A stretch of 64,000 nucleotides of DNA from Mobula hypostoma (Eukaryota): contig NC_086108.1 of NCBI RefSeq assembly GCF_963921235.1, forward strand, positions 112,594,001 to 112,658,000, read 5' to 3'. Numbering within the stretch: position 1 is the stretch's first letter; each line of letters opens with the position of its first letter. A program made the translations under genes and the position numbers. Shown here piece by piece: positions 1-12,462 of the stretch. A model generated the notes under the pieces. The model was not told the DNA's origin, made no database searches, and saw only the letters and a program-made list of their open reading frames with translations.

Positions 1-59
1 CGACAGTGGATGGTCAACACTACCCAACACCTCACGAGCAACAGCCTACACACCATCTA

Positions 60-455
60 AGTATGTTTGTACATATACACAGAAAGGTGCTGGGAAAGGG
101 CCAGTAACATCGTGAAGGATCCCATCCACCCACTCTGCTCATGGACTTTGTCCCTCTCTCATCAGGGACAAGACTATGTAGCATCCACACCAGGACCACC
201 AGACAGTGAGGGTGATCAACACCTCCACCCACTAACCCCGACCACCACGACTTTATCATTTCCTGTCAGTCACCTTCTGTACAGACACTCCTGTGCCTAG
301 CGTCACTTTATGGACATATAATCAATCTATCTGTACAAGCTATCTTATGTATTTATATTTATTGTGTTTTTATTATGATTGTGTTCTTTATCTTTTATTT
401 GTGCTGCATGGATCTGGAGTAATGATTATTTCCTTCTCACTCACACTTGTGTAGA
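60..455 (+). mobile_element. Rex1/Babar-like LINE 3' fragment
   Basis: ERCWERASNIVKDPIHP-type RT C-terminal remnant plus an AT-rich tail; homologous to 56905-57372. Confidence 0.7.
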
Positions 456-649
456 TTAACCAGTCGTGAATCTTGAACAAGTTCTGGTTGTCTCACTCTG
501 GGAAACGTCTAGCTGTGCTGGAGAGAGTGTAGAGGAGACTGGCCTGGACTGGAGGACTTTAGTTGCGGGGAGAGATTGGAGAGATGAGGCTTGCTTTCCC
601 TGCAGCGTAGGAGGCTGAGGAGGAGTTGTGATAAAGGGGTGTAGATGAG

Positions 650-3600
650 GGGTGTATGAGGTATCCATGGAGAGGTAGCACCTCTAGTCCATTCTGGGAC
701 AGCTCAGTCACTTCTGGTTCCCACCAGACACTCAGCTCTCATAAACGGCTCCAAATAGCAGTTTGCATGTGACAGCGGCCCACACTCTAGTACACTGCTT
801 CCACAGGCAGGCTAAACCAGGCGAGGGTAGCTGGCATGTCTCGTACCCCAGTGAGGTCAGGCGAGGGTAGATGGCACGTCTCATACGTCGGTGAGATCAG
901 GCGAGGGTAGCTGGCATGTCTTGTACTCCAGTGAGATCAGGCGAGGGTAGCTGGCATGTCTCGTACCCCATGATATCAGGCGAGGGTAGATGACATGTCT
1001 CGTACCCCAGTGAGATCAGGCGAGGGTAGCTGGCATGTCTCGTACCCCATGATATCAGGCGAGGGTAGATGGCATGTCTCGTACCCCAGTGAGATCAGGC
1101 GAGGGTAGATGGCATGTCTCGTACCCCAGTGAGATCAGGCAAGGGTAGCTGGCATGTCTCGTACCCCAGTGAGGGCAGGCGAGGGTAGATGGCACGTCTC
1201 ATACGTCGGTGAGATCAGGCGAGGGTAGCTGGCATGTCTCGTACCCCATGATATCAGGCGAGGGTAGATGGCATGTCTCGTACCCCAGTGAGATCAGGCA
1301 AGGGTAGATGGCATGTCTCGTACCCCATGATATCAGGCGAGGGTAGATGGCATGTCTCGTACCCCATGATATCAGGCGAGGGTAGCTGGCATGTCTCGTA
1401 CCCCAGTGAGGTCAGGCAAGGGTAGATGGCATGTCTCGTACCCCAGTGAGGTCAGGCGAGGGTAGATGGCATGTCTCGTACCCCATGAGATCAGGCGAGG
1501 GTAGATGGCATGTCTCGTACCCCATGATATCAGGCGAGGGTAGCTGGCATGTCTCGTACCCCATGATATCAGGCAAGGGTAGCTGGCATGTCTCGTACCC
1601 CAGTGAGGTCAGGCAAGGGTAGATGGCATGTCTCGTACCCCAGTGAGATCAGGCAAGGGTAGATGGCATGTCTCGTACTCCAGTGAGATCAGGCGAGGGT
1701 AGATGGCATGTCTCATACCCCATGATATCAGGCGAGGGTAGATGGCATGTCTCGTACCCCATGATATCAGGCGAGGGTAGCTGGCATGTCTCGTACCCCA
1801 GTGAGATCAGGCGAGGGTAGATGGCATGTCTCGTACCCCAGTGAGGTCAGGCGAGGGTAGATGGCATGTCTCATACCCCAGTGAGGTCAGGCAAGGGTAG
1901 ATGGCATGTCTCGTACCCCATGAGATCAGGCGAGGGTAACTGGCACGTCTCGTACCCCGGTGAGATGGGGATAGGTGAGGGTAACTGGCACGTCTCGTAC
2001 CCCAGTGAGATGGGGATAGGCGAGGGTAGCTGGCATGTCTCGTACCCCAGTGAGATCAGGCGAGGGTAGCTGGCATGTCTCGTACCCCGGTGAGATCAGA
2101 CGAGGGTAGCTGGCATGTCTCGTACCCCGGTGAGATCAGGCGAGGGTAGCTGGCATGTCTCGTACCCCGGTGAGATGGGGATAGGTGAGGGGAGCTGGCA
2201 TGTCTCGTACCCCGGTGAGATCAGGCGAGGGTACCTGGCACGTCTCGTACCCCGGTGAGATGGGGATAGGTGAGGGTAGCTGGCATGTCTCGTACCCCAG
2301 TGAGATCAGGCGGGGGTAGCTGGCATGTCTCGTACCCCGGTGAGATCAGGCGGGGGTAGCTGGCATGTCTCGTACCCCGGTGAGATCAGGCGGGGGTAGC
2401 TGGCATGTCTCGTACCCCGGTGAGATCAGGCGGGGGTAGCTGGCATGTCTCGTACCCCGGTGAGATCAGGCGGGGGTAGCTGGCATGTCTCGTACCCCAG
2501 TGAGATCAGGCGGGGTTAGCTGGCACGTCTCGTACCCCAGTGAGATCAGGCGGGGGTAGCTGGCATGTCTCGTACCCCAGTGAGATCAGGCGGGGGTAGC
2601 TGGCATGTCTCGTACCCCGGTGAGATCAGGCGAGGGTAGCTGGCATGTCTCGTACCCCGGTGAGATGGGGATAGGTGAGGGTAGCTGGCATGTCTCGTAC
2701 CCCAGTGAGATCAGGCGGGGGTAGCTGGCATGTCTCATACCCCAGTGAGATGGGGATAGGTGAGGGTAGCTGGCATGTCTCGTACCCCGGTGAGATCAGG
2801 CGGGGGTAGCTGGCATGTCTCGTACCCCGGTGAGATCAGGCGGGGGTAGCTGGCATGTCTCGTACCCCGGTGAGATCAGGCAAGGGTAGCTGGCATGTCT
2901 CGTACCCCGGTGAGATCAGGCGGGGGTAGCTGGCATGTCTCGTACCCTGGTGAGATCAGGCGGGGGTAACTGGCATGTCTCATACCCCAGTGAGATGGGG
3001 ATAGGTGAGGGTAGCTGGCATGTCTCGTACCCCGGTGAGATCAGGCAGGGGTAGCTGGCATGTCTCGTACCCCGGTGAGATCAGGCGGGGGTAGCTGGCA
3101 TGTCTCGTACCCCGGTGAGATCAGGCAAGGGTAGCTGGCATGTCTCGTACCCCGGTGAGATGGGGATAGGTGAGGGTAGCTGGCATGTCTCGTACCCCAG
3201 TGAGATCAGGCGGGGGTAGCTGGCATGTCTCATACCCCAGTGAGATGGGGATAGGTGAGGGTAGCTGGCATGTCTCGTACCCCGGTGAGATCAGGCGGGG
3301 GTAGCTGGCATGTCTCGTACCCCGGTGAGATCAGGCGGGGGTAGCTGGCATGTCTCGTACCCCGGTGAGATCAGGCAAGGGTAGCTGGCATGTCTCGTAC
3401 CCCGGTGAGATCAGGCGGGGGTAGCTGGCATGTCTCGTACCCTGGTGAGATCAGGCGGGGGTAGCTGGCATGTCTCATACCCCAGTGAGATGGGGATAGG
3501 TGAGGGTAGCTGGCATGTCTCGTACCCCGGTGAGATCAGGCAGGGGTAGCTGGCATGTCTCGTACCCCGGTGAGATCAGGCGGGGGTAGCTGGCATGTCT

Positions 3601-4250
3601 CGTACCCCGGTGAGATCAGGCAAGGGTAGCTGGCATGTCTCGTACCCCGGTGAGATCAGGCGGGGGTAGCTGGCATGTCTCGTACCCCGGTGAGATCAGG
3701 CGGGGGTAGCTGGCATGTCTCGTACCCCGGTGAGATGGGGATAGGTGAGGGTAGCTGGCACGTCTCATACCCCAGTGAGATCAGGCGAGGGTACCTGGCA
3801 CGTCTCGTACCCCGGTGAGATGGGGATAGGTGAGGGTAGCTGGCATGTCTCGTACCCCGGTGAGATCAGGCGGGGGTAGCTGGCATGTCTCGTACCTCAG
3901 TGAGATCAGGTGGGGGTAGCTGGCATGTCTCGTACCCCGATGAGATCAGGCGAGGGTAGCTGGCATGTCTCGTACCCCGGTGAGATCAGGCGAGGGTAGC
4001 TGGCATGTCTCGTACCCCGGTGAGATCAGGCGAGGGTAGCTGGCATGTCTCGTACCCCGGTGAGATCAGGCGGGGGTAGCTGGCATGTCTCGTACCCCAG
4101 TGAGATGGGGACAGGCCTGTTTTAAGTTGTGAGTCAGCTCTGGCAGACGGGGTGGATAAGATCTACGGTGAGATTGAACAACCAGGAACGTGGCTCTGCA
4201 ACGCTCCGTGGAGAGCCAAGGGCATGGCCAGGCATAGAAGACGGCGTGGT
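650..4250 (+). mobile_element. Unclassified dispersed repeat interrupted by a large minisatellite
   Basis: Flanks 650-810 and 4110-4250 are collinear with the repeat at 30495-31010 (+) and 44755-45310 (-). Confidence 0.6.
810..4110. repeat. About 3.3 kb minisatellite, 40-bp unit with 39- and 45-bp variants, roughly 80 copies
   Basis: Unit tgagatcaggcg(a/g)gggtagctggcatgtctcgtacccc(a/g)g repeated head to tail with no unique spacers. Confidence 0.97.
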
Positions 4251-4714
4251 CACAAGACCATAAGACATAGGAGCAAATTTAGGCCATTCAGCCCATCAAG
4301 TCTGCTCCAACATTCCATCATGGTTGACCCTGGATCCCACTCAATCCATATACCTGCCTTCTCACCATATCCTTTGATGCCCCGACCAATCAGGAAACAA
4401 TCAACTTCTGCTTTCAATATATCCACGGACTTGGCCTCCACCACAACGATCAAGTGCGACCTTGCCAACGACTTGTACAACCACAACACCATGTCACATC
4501 TCCTACAACTCCTGGCTGGTGAAGGTCAGCTCGCTAAGCACCTTCCTCACCACCCTGTCTACCTGCGATGCCACTCTCAACAAACACTAGCTCCCTTTGT
4601 TCCTTTTTGCACTACTTAATTAATTTGTGTCTTATTGTAATTTATAATTTTTATTATTATGTATGGCATCGTACTGCTGCCACAAAACAACACGTTTCAC
4701 GGTCATATCTGCAC

Positions 4715-5612
4715 TAGGTGTGCTCAGCTGCAGCTCCTAAGGGACCGAGTTAGATCAGGGAGAGCGAGGAGGTGATAGAAAGGAGTTATAGGCAGGTGGT
4801 CACAGCGGGGCCACGGGAGACAGACACGTGGGTCATAGTCAGGAGGGGGAAGGGGAAGAGTCAGGTACTAGAGAGTACCCCTGTGGCTGTACCCCTTGAC
4901 AATAAGTACTCCTGTTTGAGTACTGCTGGGGGGAACAGCCTACCTGGGGGAAGCAACAGTGGCCGTGCTTCTGGCACAGAGTCCGCCCTGTGGCTCAGAA
5001 GGGTGGGGAAAGGAAGAGGAAGGCAGTAGTGATAGGGGACTCTGTAGTTAGGAGGTCAGACAGGCCATTCTGTGGACGCAGGGAAGAAACTCAGATGGTA
5101 GTTTGCCTCCCAGGTGCCAGGGTCTGGGATGTTTCAGATCGCGTCCAAGATATCCTGCAGGATGTTGCCTGGATTGGGGAGCATGCCTTATGAGAATAGG
5201 TTGAGTGAACTCAGCCTTTTCTCCTTAGAGCGACGGAGGATGAGAGGTGACCTGATAGAGGTGTATAAGATGAAGAGAGGCATTGATAGTGTGGATAGTC
5301 AGAGACTTTTTCCCAGGGCTGAAATGGTTCCCACAAGAGGGCACAGGTTTAAGGTGCTGGGGAGTAGGTACAGAGGAGATGTCAGGGGTAAGTTTTTTAC
5401 TCAGAGAGTGGTGAGTGTGTGAAATGGGCTGCCGGCAACAGTGGTGGAGGCGGATACGATAGGGTCTTTTAAGAGATTTTTGGATAGGTACATTGAGCTT
5501 AGAAAAATAGAGGGCTATGGGTAAGCCTAGTAATTTCTAAGGTAGGGACATGTTCGGCACAGCTTTGTGGGCTGAAGGGCCTGTATTGTGCTGTAGGTTT
5601 TCTGTTTCTACA
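4715..5612 (+). mobile_element. CR1 LINE remnant: ORF1 esterase segment joined to the ORF2 3' end and tail
   Basis: VVIGDSVVRR (GDSL-like) in ORF 4990-5193, then LERRRMRGDLIEVYK...TRGH...FFTQRVV. Confidence 0.85.
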
Positions 5613-5789
5613 ACATACTGTATGCCCGTGATATTAAACCTGATTCCGATTCTGAACGTTGTTCTGGGAGAGTGGACCATGGAGTAACGGGAGGAAGGGG
5701 GGAATGGAACCAGGGAAAGAGTGTATGGGTGACAGGCAGATAGAAAAATAGCAAACAAAACTATAAATTTCAACAAGGAATATTTAATT

Positions 5790-6050
5790 ACTGACATACA
5801 GCACGGAAATGGGTCCTTTGAGCTGCACCTTCCAGCAATCCCCCAATATAATCTTAGCCTATTCACAGGATAATTTACAATGACCAATTATCCTACCAAC
5901 CGGTACAACTTTGGACTGTGGGAGGAAACCAGACCACCCGGAGGAAACCCACAGAGGCACAGGGAGAGCCTGCAAACTCTTTACAGACAGAGACAGGAAT
6001 TGAACCCGGGTGACGTGTTGTGTTAGCCACCATGCTGCTGTGCTGCCCGA
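5790..6050 (-). mobile_element. tRNA-derived V-SINE (HE1-like)
   Basis: B-box-like ggttcaattcc and V-domain gtgggtttcctccgggtg..ggtttcctcccacagtccaaag. Relatives at about 15205, 19015, 31855, 44480, 45795, 52215, 53300 and 63110. Confidence 0.75.
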
Positions 6051-6477
6051 AAAATACAAGTTAAATTAACTAAATAGTGCAAAAAGCAGGGAAGTGGTGA
6101 GGAGTGTTCATGGGTTCAGTGTCCATTCAGAAATCCAGTGACAGAAGGGAAGAAGCTGTTCCTGAAACACTGAGTGCGTGTCTTCACACTACTGTAGGTC
6201 CTTCCTGATGGTAGCAATGCTGAGTAATATGGGTCGTTACTGACGGATGCTGCCTTTTCGAGGCATTGCCTTATAAAGATGTTGGGGAGCTGGCTGAGTT
6301 TCCAATCCTGTGCAGTATCCTCACCCCACCCCACCATACCAGACGGTGATGCAACCAGTTAGAATCTTCTCCACAGTATATCTGTAGAAATTCCTGAGAG
6401 CTTTGGGGTGTCATACATAGTATAAGTCATGGTTAGTACAAAAAAAAACACAATTTAATGCAGGTTTGATATTGATT

Positions 6478-6487
6478 TTTATTTATT
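6478..6487 (-). promoter_or_regulatory. Candidate polyadenylation signal of the DDAH1-like gene
   Basis: Overlapping AATAAATAAA on the minus strand, followed about 30 nt downstream by a U/GU-rich tract (6440-6452). Weaker ATTAAA sites at 7484 and 7549 are alternatives. Confidence 0.45.
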
Positions 6488-6834
6488 CAGTATGAAGCGG
6501 GGGGTGATCAGTGAAAACTACGTCAAGAAATCATTTGGCAAAAGCGGGAACAAGGAGGCTTCCTGTGACCAAGCTGAATGCAATGACATCTTTGGAACCT
6601 GACACCTTGCAAAAGGCTACACTAACATAATACAAATACGCTGGAATGCAGACAAAGTCGATAGCAGAAGGAACTAGGAACACTTCACAACTCAGCTCCA
6701 TAATTTCACAGTGTGTGCCTCTAATGGAATGAAGTCAAGTGTGGAGAAATCTTGTCTTGTGCCTTATTAATGTGGAAGTGGTTCAAAGCCAAGGAAGATG
6801 TCCATTGTTGTCCGTGGTTAATACGACCGGCATC

Positions 6835-7385
6835 AATTTGAGGTGATTGGAGGAAAGTATAGTGGGGATGTCGGAGATAGGTTTTTTACACAGAGAATGC
6901 TGGGTGTGTGGACTCTTAACAGACCCTTAGATAGGCACATGGGTGACTGAAACATGGAGGGCTGGTCTTGGAGCAGGTTAAAAGGCTGGCCTAACATCAT
7001 AGGCCAAAGGGCCTGTACTGTGCTGTAACTCTATGTTCTATGGAGTCATAGAAGACGACAGCACAGAAGTAGGTCCTTCAGTCCATCTAGACCATGCTGA
7101 ACTGTTATTCTGCCTAGTCCCATCGACCCACTCATGGACCATAGCCTTCCATATCCCTCCCATCAACGTACCCTTAAATATTGAAATCAAATCCACATCC
7201 ATCACTTCTACTGGCAGCTCATTCCACACTCTCACTACCCTCTGGGTGAAGAAGTAACCCCTTATGTTCCGCTTAAACTTTTCACCTTTCACCCTTAACC
7301 CATGACCTCTAGTTCTAGTCTTACTCAAGCTCAAAGGAAAATGCCTGCTTGCATTAACCCTATCTATACCCTCATAATTTTACAT
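6835..7385. mobile_element. Two CR1 3' fragments tail to tail (+ 6835-7040, - 7045-7385)
   Basis: Both carry FFTQRV-type ends and gaagggcctgtactgtgctgta-type tails, in opposite orientation. Confidence 0.75.
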
Positions 7386-7734
7386 GTTCTCTGTTCTAGA
7401 ACCTAGTATATAAAATCAAAACCTACACAAAATAATCAACTGCAGTATTTAAACTAAATCTATATTAATTATTTTGTATATAATTTAATTCACCCTGTTA
7501 TCATTTGTAAGTTAATGGTTGTTCATTCAGTGGAAGGTTCTAAGTGGTTTTAATCACCAGATGGCGATAAAGAGCCACCTGATTGCAGTATAAAGCAGGA
7601 GAGGAGAGGAAAGAGCATTCAAAAGAAACAGGGGGCAGTGTAATCCAGATGGGCTCTGTTAATCTACCATCACATTATTGCCAAACTAAAAGTACCGCCC
7701 CTTTTTTTCTTGTAAAATCAATTCATTGTATTTC

Positions 7735-7962
<228 letters not shown>

Positions 7963-8181
7963 CTATCCAAACTTCCCTTAAACACTCCAATTGAAAACAC
8001 ACCTACCTCCACTCCCCTCCCATCCCTGTAACTATCCAAACTTCCCTTAAACACTCCAATTGAAAACACACCTACGTCCACTCCCCTCCCATCCCTGTAA
8101 CTATCCAAACTTCCCTTAAACACTCCAATTGAAAACACACCTACCTCCACTCCCCTCCCATCCCTGTAACTATCCAAACTT
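7963..8181. repeat. 69-bp tandem repeat (3 copies plus a partial) inside a minus-strand CR1 fragment
   Basis: ctatccaaact recurs at 7963, 8032, 8101 and 8170. Confidence 0.9.
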
Positions 8182-8869
8182 CTTATTAGTGGAAAAAGCC
8201 TGCTTGCACTTACCCCGTCTATACCCCTCATTATTTTGAACACGTCTATTAAATCTCCCCTCAATCTTCTACGTTCTAGGTGATAAAGTCCTAATTCATC
8301 TTTCCATTTAACTCAGGTCCTCAAGTTTCCGGCAACATCCTTGTAAGATTTTTCTGCTTATTAATTCTTAATATTTATTTATATTATTTTTTCTTCTTTT
8401 TGTATTTGCACAGTTTGTTGTCTTCTGTGCTCTTGAACACCCTAGTTGGGCAATTGTTCATTCATTCTGTTATGGTTATTATTCTATAGATTTATTGGGT
8501 ATGCCCAGAAGAAGATAAATCTCAGGGTTGTATAAGATGACATATATCTACTTTGATAATAAATTCACTTTAAACTTTTGAACTTTGGGAATTTCTCTGC
8601 GATTACTGATAAACTTTATAAAATGAATCTCAGAATTGTATACGATGACTTATAGGTACTTCGTTAATAAATTTACTTTGAACTTTGATAATTTCTCTGC
8701 GATTACTGATTAACTTTATAAGATGTTGAATTTCTAGGCTTTAACGCCCTTGAAAGGGGTGTATGGTCACCAATCAAATTTCAGTTCCCGCCACCATTTG
8801 TAAGGTGTTTGGACGTGCTCCCTGTGACAGCGTGAGTTTCCTCCAAATGCTCCTGTTTCCAAAGACACT

Positions 8870-9947
8870 CGTGTTAGGGTCAGTGAGTGGGTTATGTACG
8901 TGTTAGGGTCAGTGAGTGGGGGTTAGGGTCAGTGAGTGGGGGTATGTACGTTAGGGTCAGTGACTGGGGTTATGTACGTGTTAGGGTCAGTGAGTGGGGG
9001 TTAGGGTCAGTGAGTGGGGGTTTGTACACGTTAGGGTCAGTGAGTGGGGGTTAGGGTCAGTGAGTGAGGTTATGTACGTGTTAGGGTCAGTGAGTGGGGG
9101 TATGTACGTGTTAGGGTCAGTGAGTGGGGGTTAGGGTCAGTGAGTGGGGGTATGTACGTGTTAGGGTCAGTGAGTGGGGGTTAGGGTCAGTGAGTGAGGT
9201 TATGTACGTGTTAGGGTCAGTGAGTGGGGGTATGTACGTGTTAGGGTCAGTGAGTGGGGGTTAGGGTCAGTGAGTGGGGCTATGTACGTGTTAGGGTCAG
9301 TGAGTGGGGGTATGTACGTTAGGGTCAGTGAGTGTTAGGGTCAGTGAGTGGGGGTTAGGGTCAGTGAGTGAGGTTATGTACGTGTTAGGGTCAGTGAGTG
9401 GGGGTATGTACGTGTTAGGGTCAGTGAGTGGGGGTTAGGGTCAGTGAGTGGGGGTTAGGGTCAGTGAGTGAGGTTATGTACGTGTTAGGGTCAGTGAGTG
9501 GGGGTATGTACGTGTTAGGGTCAGTGAGTGGGGGTTAGGGTCAGTGAGTGGGGCTATGTACGTGTTAGGGTCAGTGAGTGGGGGTATGTACGTTAGGGTC
9601 AGTGAGTGTTAGGGTCAGTGAGTGGGGGTTAGGGTCAGTGAGTGAGGTTATGTACGTGTTAGGGTCAGTGAGTGGGGGTATGTACGTTAGGGTCAGTGAG
9701 TGGGGGTTAGGGTCAGTGAGTGGGGGTATGTACGTGTTAGGGTCAGTGAGTGGGGGTTAGGGTCAGTGAGTGGGGGTATGTACGTGTCAGGGTCCGTGAG
9801 TGGGGGTTAGGGTCAGTGAGTGGGGCTATGTACGTGTTAGGGTCAGTGAGTGGGGGTTAGGGTCAGTGAGTGGGGGTATGTACGTGTTAGGGTCAGTGAG
9901 TGGGGGTTAGGGTCAGTGAGTGGGGGTTAGGGTTAGTGAGTGGGGGG
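8870..9947. repeat. G-rich TTAGGG-containing minisatellite (20- and 30-bp units) inside a SINE spanning about 8770-10085
   Basis: Units ttagggtcagtgagtggggg and ttagggtcagtgagtgggggtatgtacgtg. SINE body lies on the left and SINE tail on the right. Confidence 0.95.
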
Positions 9948-10577
9948 CTGCTGTGATGCTGTGTGCAGTGGAAGCATGGTGACACGCGGACTGCCCCAGC
10001 ACATCTTCTGATGGCGTTGGTCATTGACACAAACCATGTATTTCACTGCATGTTCTGTTGGACATGAGACAAATAAAGCAAATCTTTAAAACTTGTGTAT
10101 TTAAGGAGGTGGTGACCATCTTCCTGAACCTCTACACGTGGCCTCTGTGCTCTATAAACTTCAGTCTTGTTTCCTACTCTGTTACATTGTCCCTTGATGC
10201 TGGCGTTTCAGCACAAAATTCCGTTGCGTAAGACCACAAGAACCTACAGAAGGTAGTAAAAACCACCAGGAGAACCACTGGGGTCTCCCTCCCCACCTTT
10301 TTGTAACATTTACAGGGAGCATTGTACACAAAGGGCCTAAAGAAATTGTTGGGGATTTACCACCCATCCCACGATCTCTCTGACCCACGACCATCAGGAA
10401 GGAGGTCACGGAGCATCAGGACTAGGACAGTCAGACTGGGTAACAGCTGTGAGACTAATACCCTGCCACCACCAAGATCTCACCACTAGGGCAGCGGTTT
10501 ACTGCTTACCTATGCTGTGCAATGCAAGCATTTTGAATTATATTTTATAAATTTACCTGTGATAATATTTTGTTTCA

Positions 10578-10912
10578 TGGCGTAGATAGGCTTTTTCCAT
10601 TGAGAGTGGGGGAGATTCAAACAAGACAACATGAGTTGAGAGTTAAGGGGCAAAAGTTTAGGGGTAACATGAGGGGGAACTTCTTTACTCAGAGAGTGGT
10701 AGCTGTGTGGAACGAGCTTCCAGCAGAAGTGGTTGAGGCAGGTTCAATGTTGTCATTTAAAGTTAAACTGGACAGATATATGGACAGGAAAGGAATGGAA
10801 GGTTATGGGCTGAGGGCAGGTCAGTGGGACTAGGTGAGAGTAAGAGTTCGGCATGGACTAGAAGGGCCGAGATGGTCTGTTTCCGTGCTGTAATGGTTAT
10901 ACGGTTTATATG
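10578..10912 (+). mobile_element. Young CR1 3' end
   Basis: Nearly identical to 40997-41325 (VDRLFPLRVGEIQTR...NFFTQRVVAVWNELP). Confidence 0.9.
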
Positions 10913-11392
10913 TTATAAGTTTTGTGAGTGCACCGTGGTGCAGAGGAACTGTTACGTTTGCTTGTACAGTCAGGAAGCTTCATTAGGCATTGGCACTGGT
11001 CAGATTGCACTTGGAGTGTTAGCAGCAGCTTTGCTAACACTCCAAGTGCAATCTGAGCGATGCCAATGCCTTATCTAAGAAAAGATGTGTTGGCATTGGA
11101 GAGGGTCCAGAGGAGGCTCATGAGAAGGAAAGAATAAAATACGTACTCACTGGAGTTTAGAAGAATGGAGGGGTATCTCATTGAAACCTATCGAATATTG
11201 AAAGGCTGAGACAGAGTGGCTGTAGAGAGGATGTTTCCTATAGTAAGGGAGTCTAGGACTGGAGAAGGCAGCCTCAGAACAGAAGGACATCCATTTGAAG
11301 GGAGATGAGGAGGAATTTCTTTAACCAGAGGGTACTGAATCTGTGGAAATCATTGCCAAGGACCGTTGTGGAGGCCAAGTCACCGGGTACAT

Positions 11393-12041
11393 TGAGAGAA
11401 GAGGAGAAGATGGCGGTGCGACGCAGCACGCAGCGGCCACTCCGGTGATGAATATCTGTTATCTGTCAAGTAGGGTGCCGAGCACCATCCTGATTTGATG
11501 GAGGCAGACGTGAGAGCAATCTGGAGAAACTTCTGAAATGCCTGTTTCGCTGCCGCTGCTACTGTGTGATCCAGAATCTCCGGAGGGGAAGGCCCCGAGT
11601 CCTCGGCTTTGCTTGTTGCTCAGCGGCTGGGGTCGGGGTCGAAGCGCTCGGCAGAGATGGTGCTCGGTGTCGGAGGCTCAAAGTTTTCGGACGGACTCAG
11701 AGTCGGATTGTGGTCGGGTGTTGCATCGGCAAGTTTGCAGCGCTGGAGGTTCATGGCAGGGAGAGTTTCTCCCTTCTACCATCTGCGTGAGATGATGGGC
11801 TATCGGGACTTTAAGACTTTTTTTTACCGTGCCCATGGTCTGCTCTTATCAAATTACGGTACTGCTTTGCATTGCTGTAACTATATGTTATAATTATGTG
11901 GTTTTCGTCCGTTTTAGTCTTGGTCTGTCCTGTCTTTCTGTGATATCATACTGGAGGAACATTGTATCATTTCTTAATACATACATTACTAAATGACAAT
12001 AAACAAGGACTGAGTGTCCTCATAATCTAATCTAATCTAAT
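11393..12041 (+). mobile_element. Non-autonomous retroposon (AAGATGGCGG head, stem-loop and (TAATC)n tail) nested in a CR1 3' fragment (11065-12200)
   Basis: CR1 sequence breaks at gggtacatt and resumes at aatatttaaagtggagg. The same tail occurs at 14430-14493. Confidence 0.7.
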
Positions 12042-12096
12042 CAATATTTAAAGTGGAGGTTGATAGGTTCTTGATTAGTTAGGATGTCAAATGTTA

Positions 12097-12462
<366 letters not shown>

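Noticed and set aside
810..4110. CRISPR-like array
   Set aside because: Units are contiguous with no unique spacers, there are no cas genes, and the context is eukaryotic.
8870..9947. Interstitial telomere
   Set aside because: TTAGGG occurs singly within 20/30-bp units derived from a SINE, not as (TTAGGG)n.
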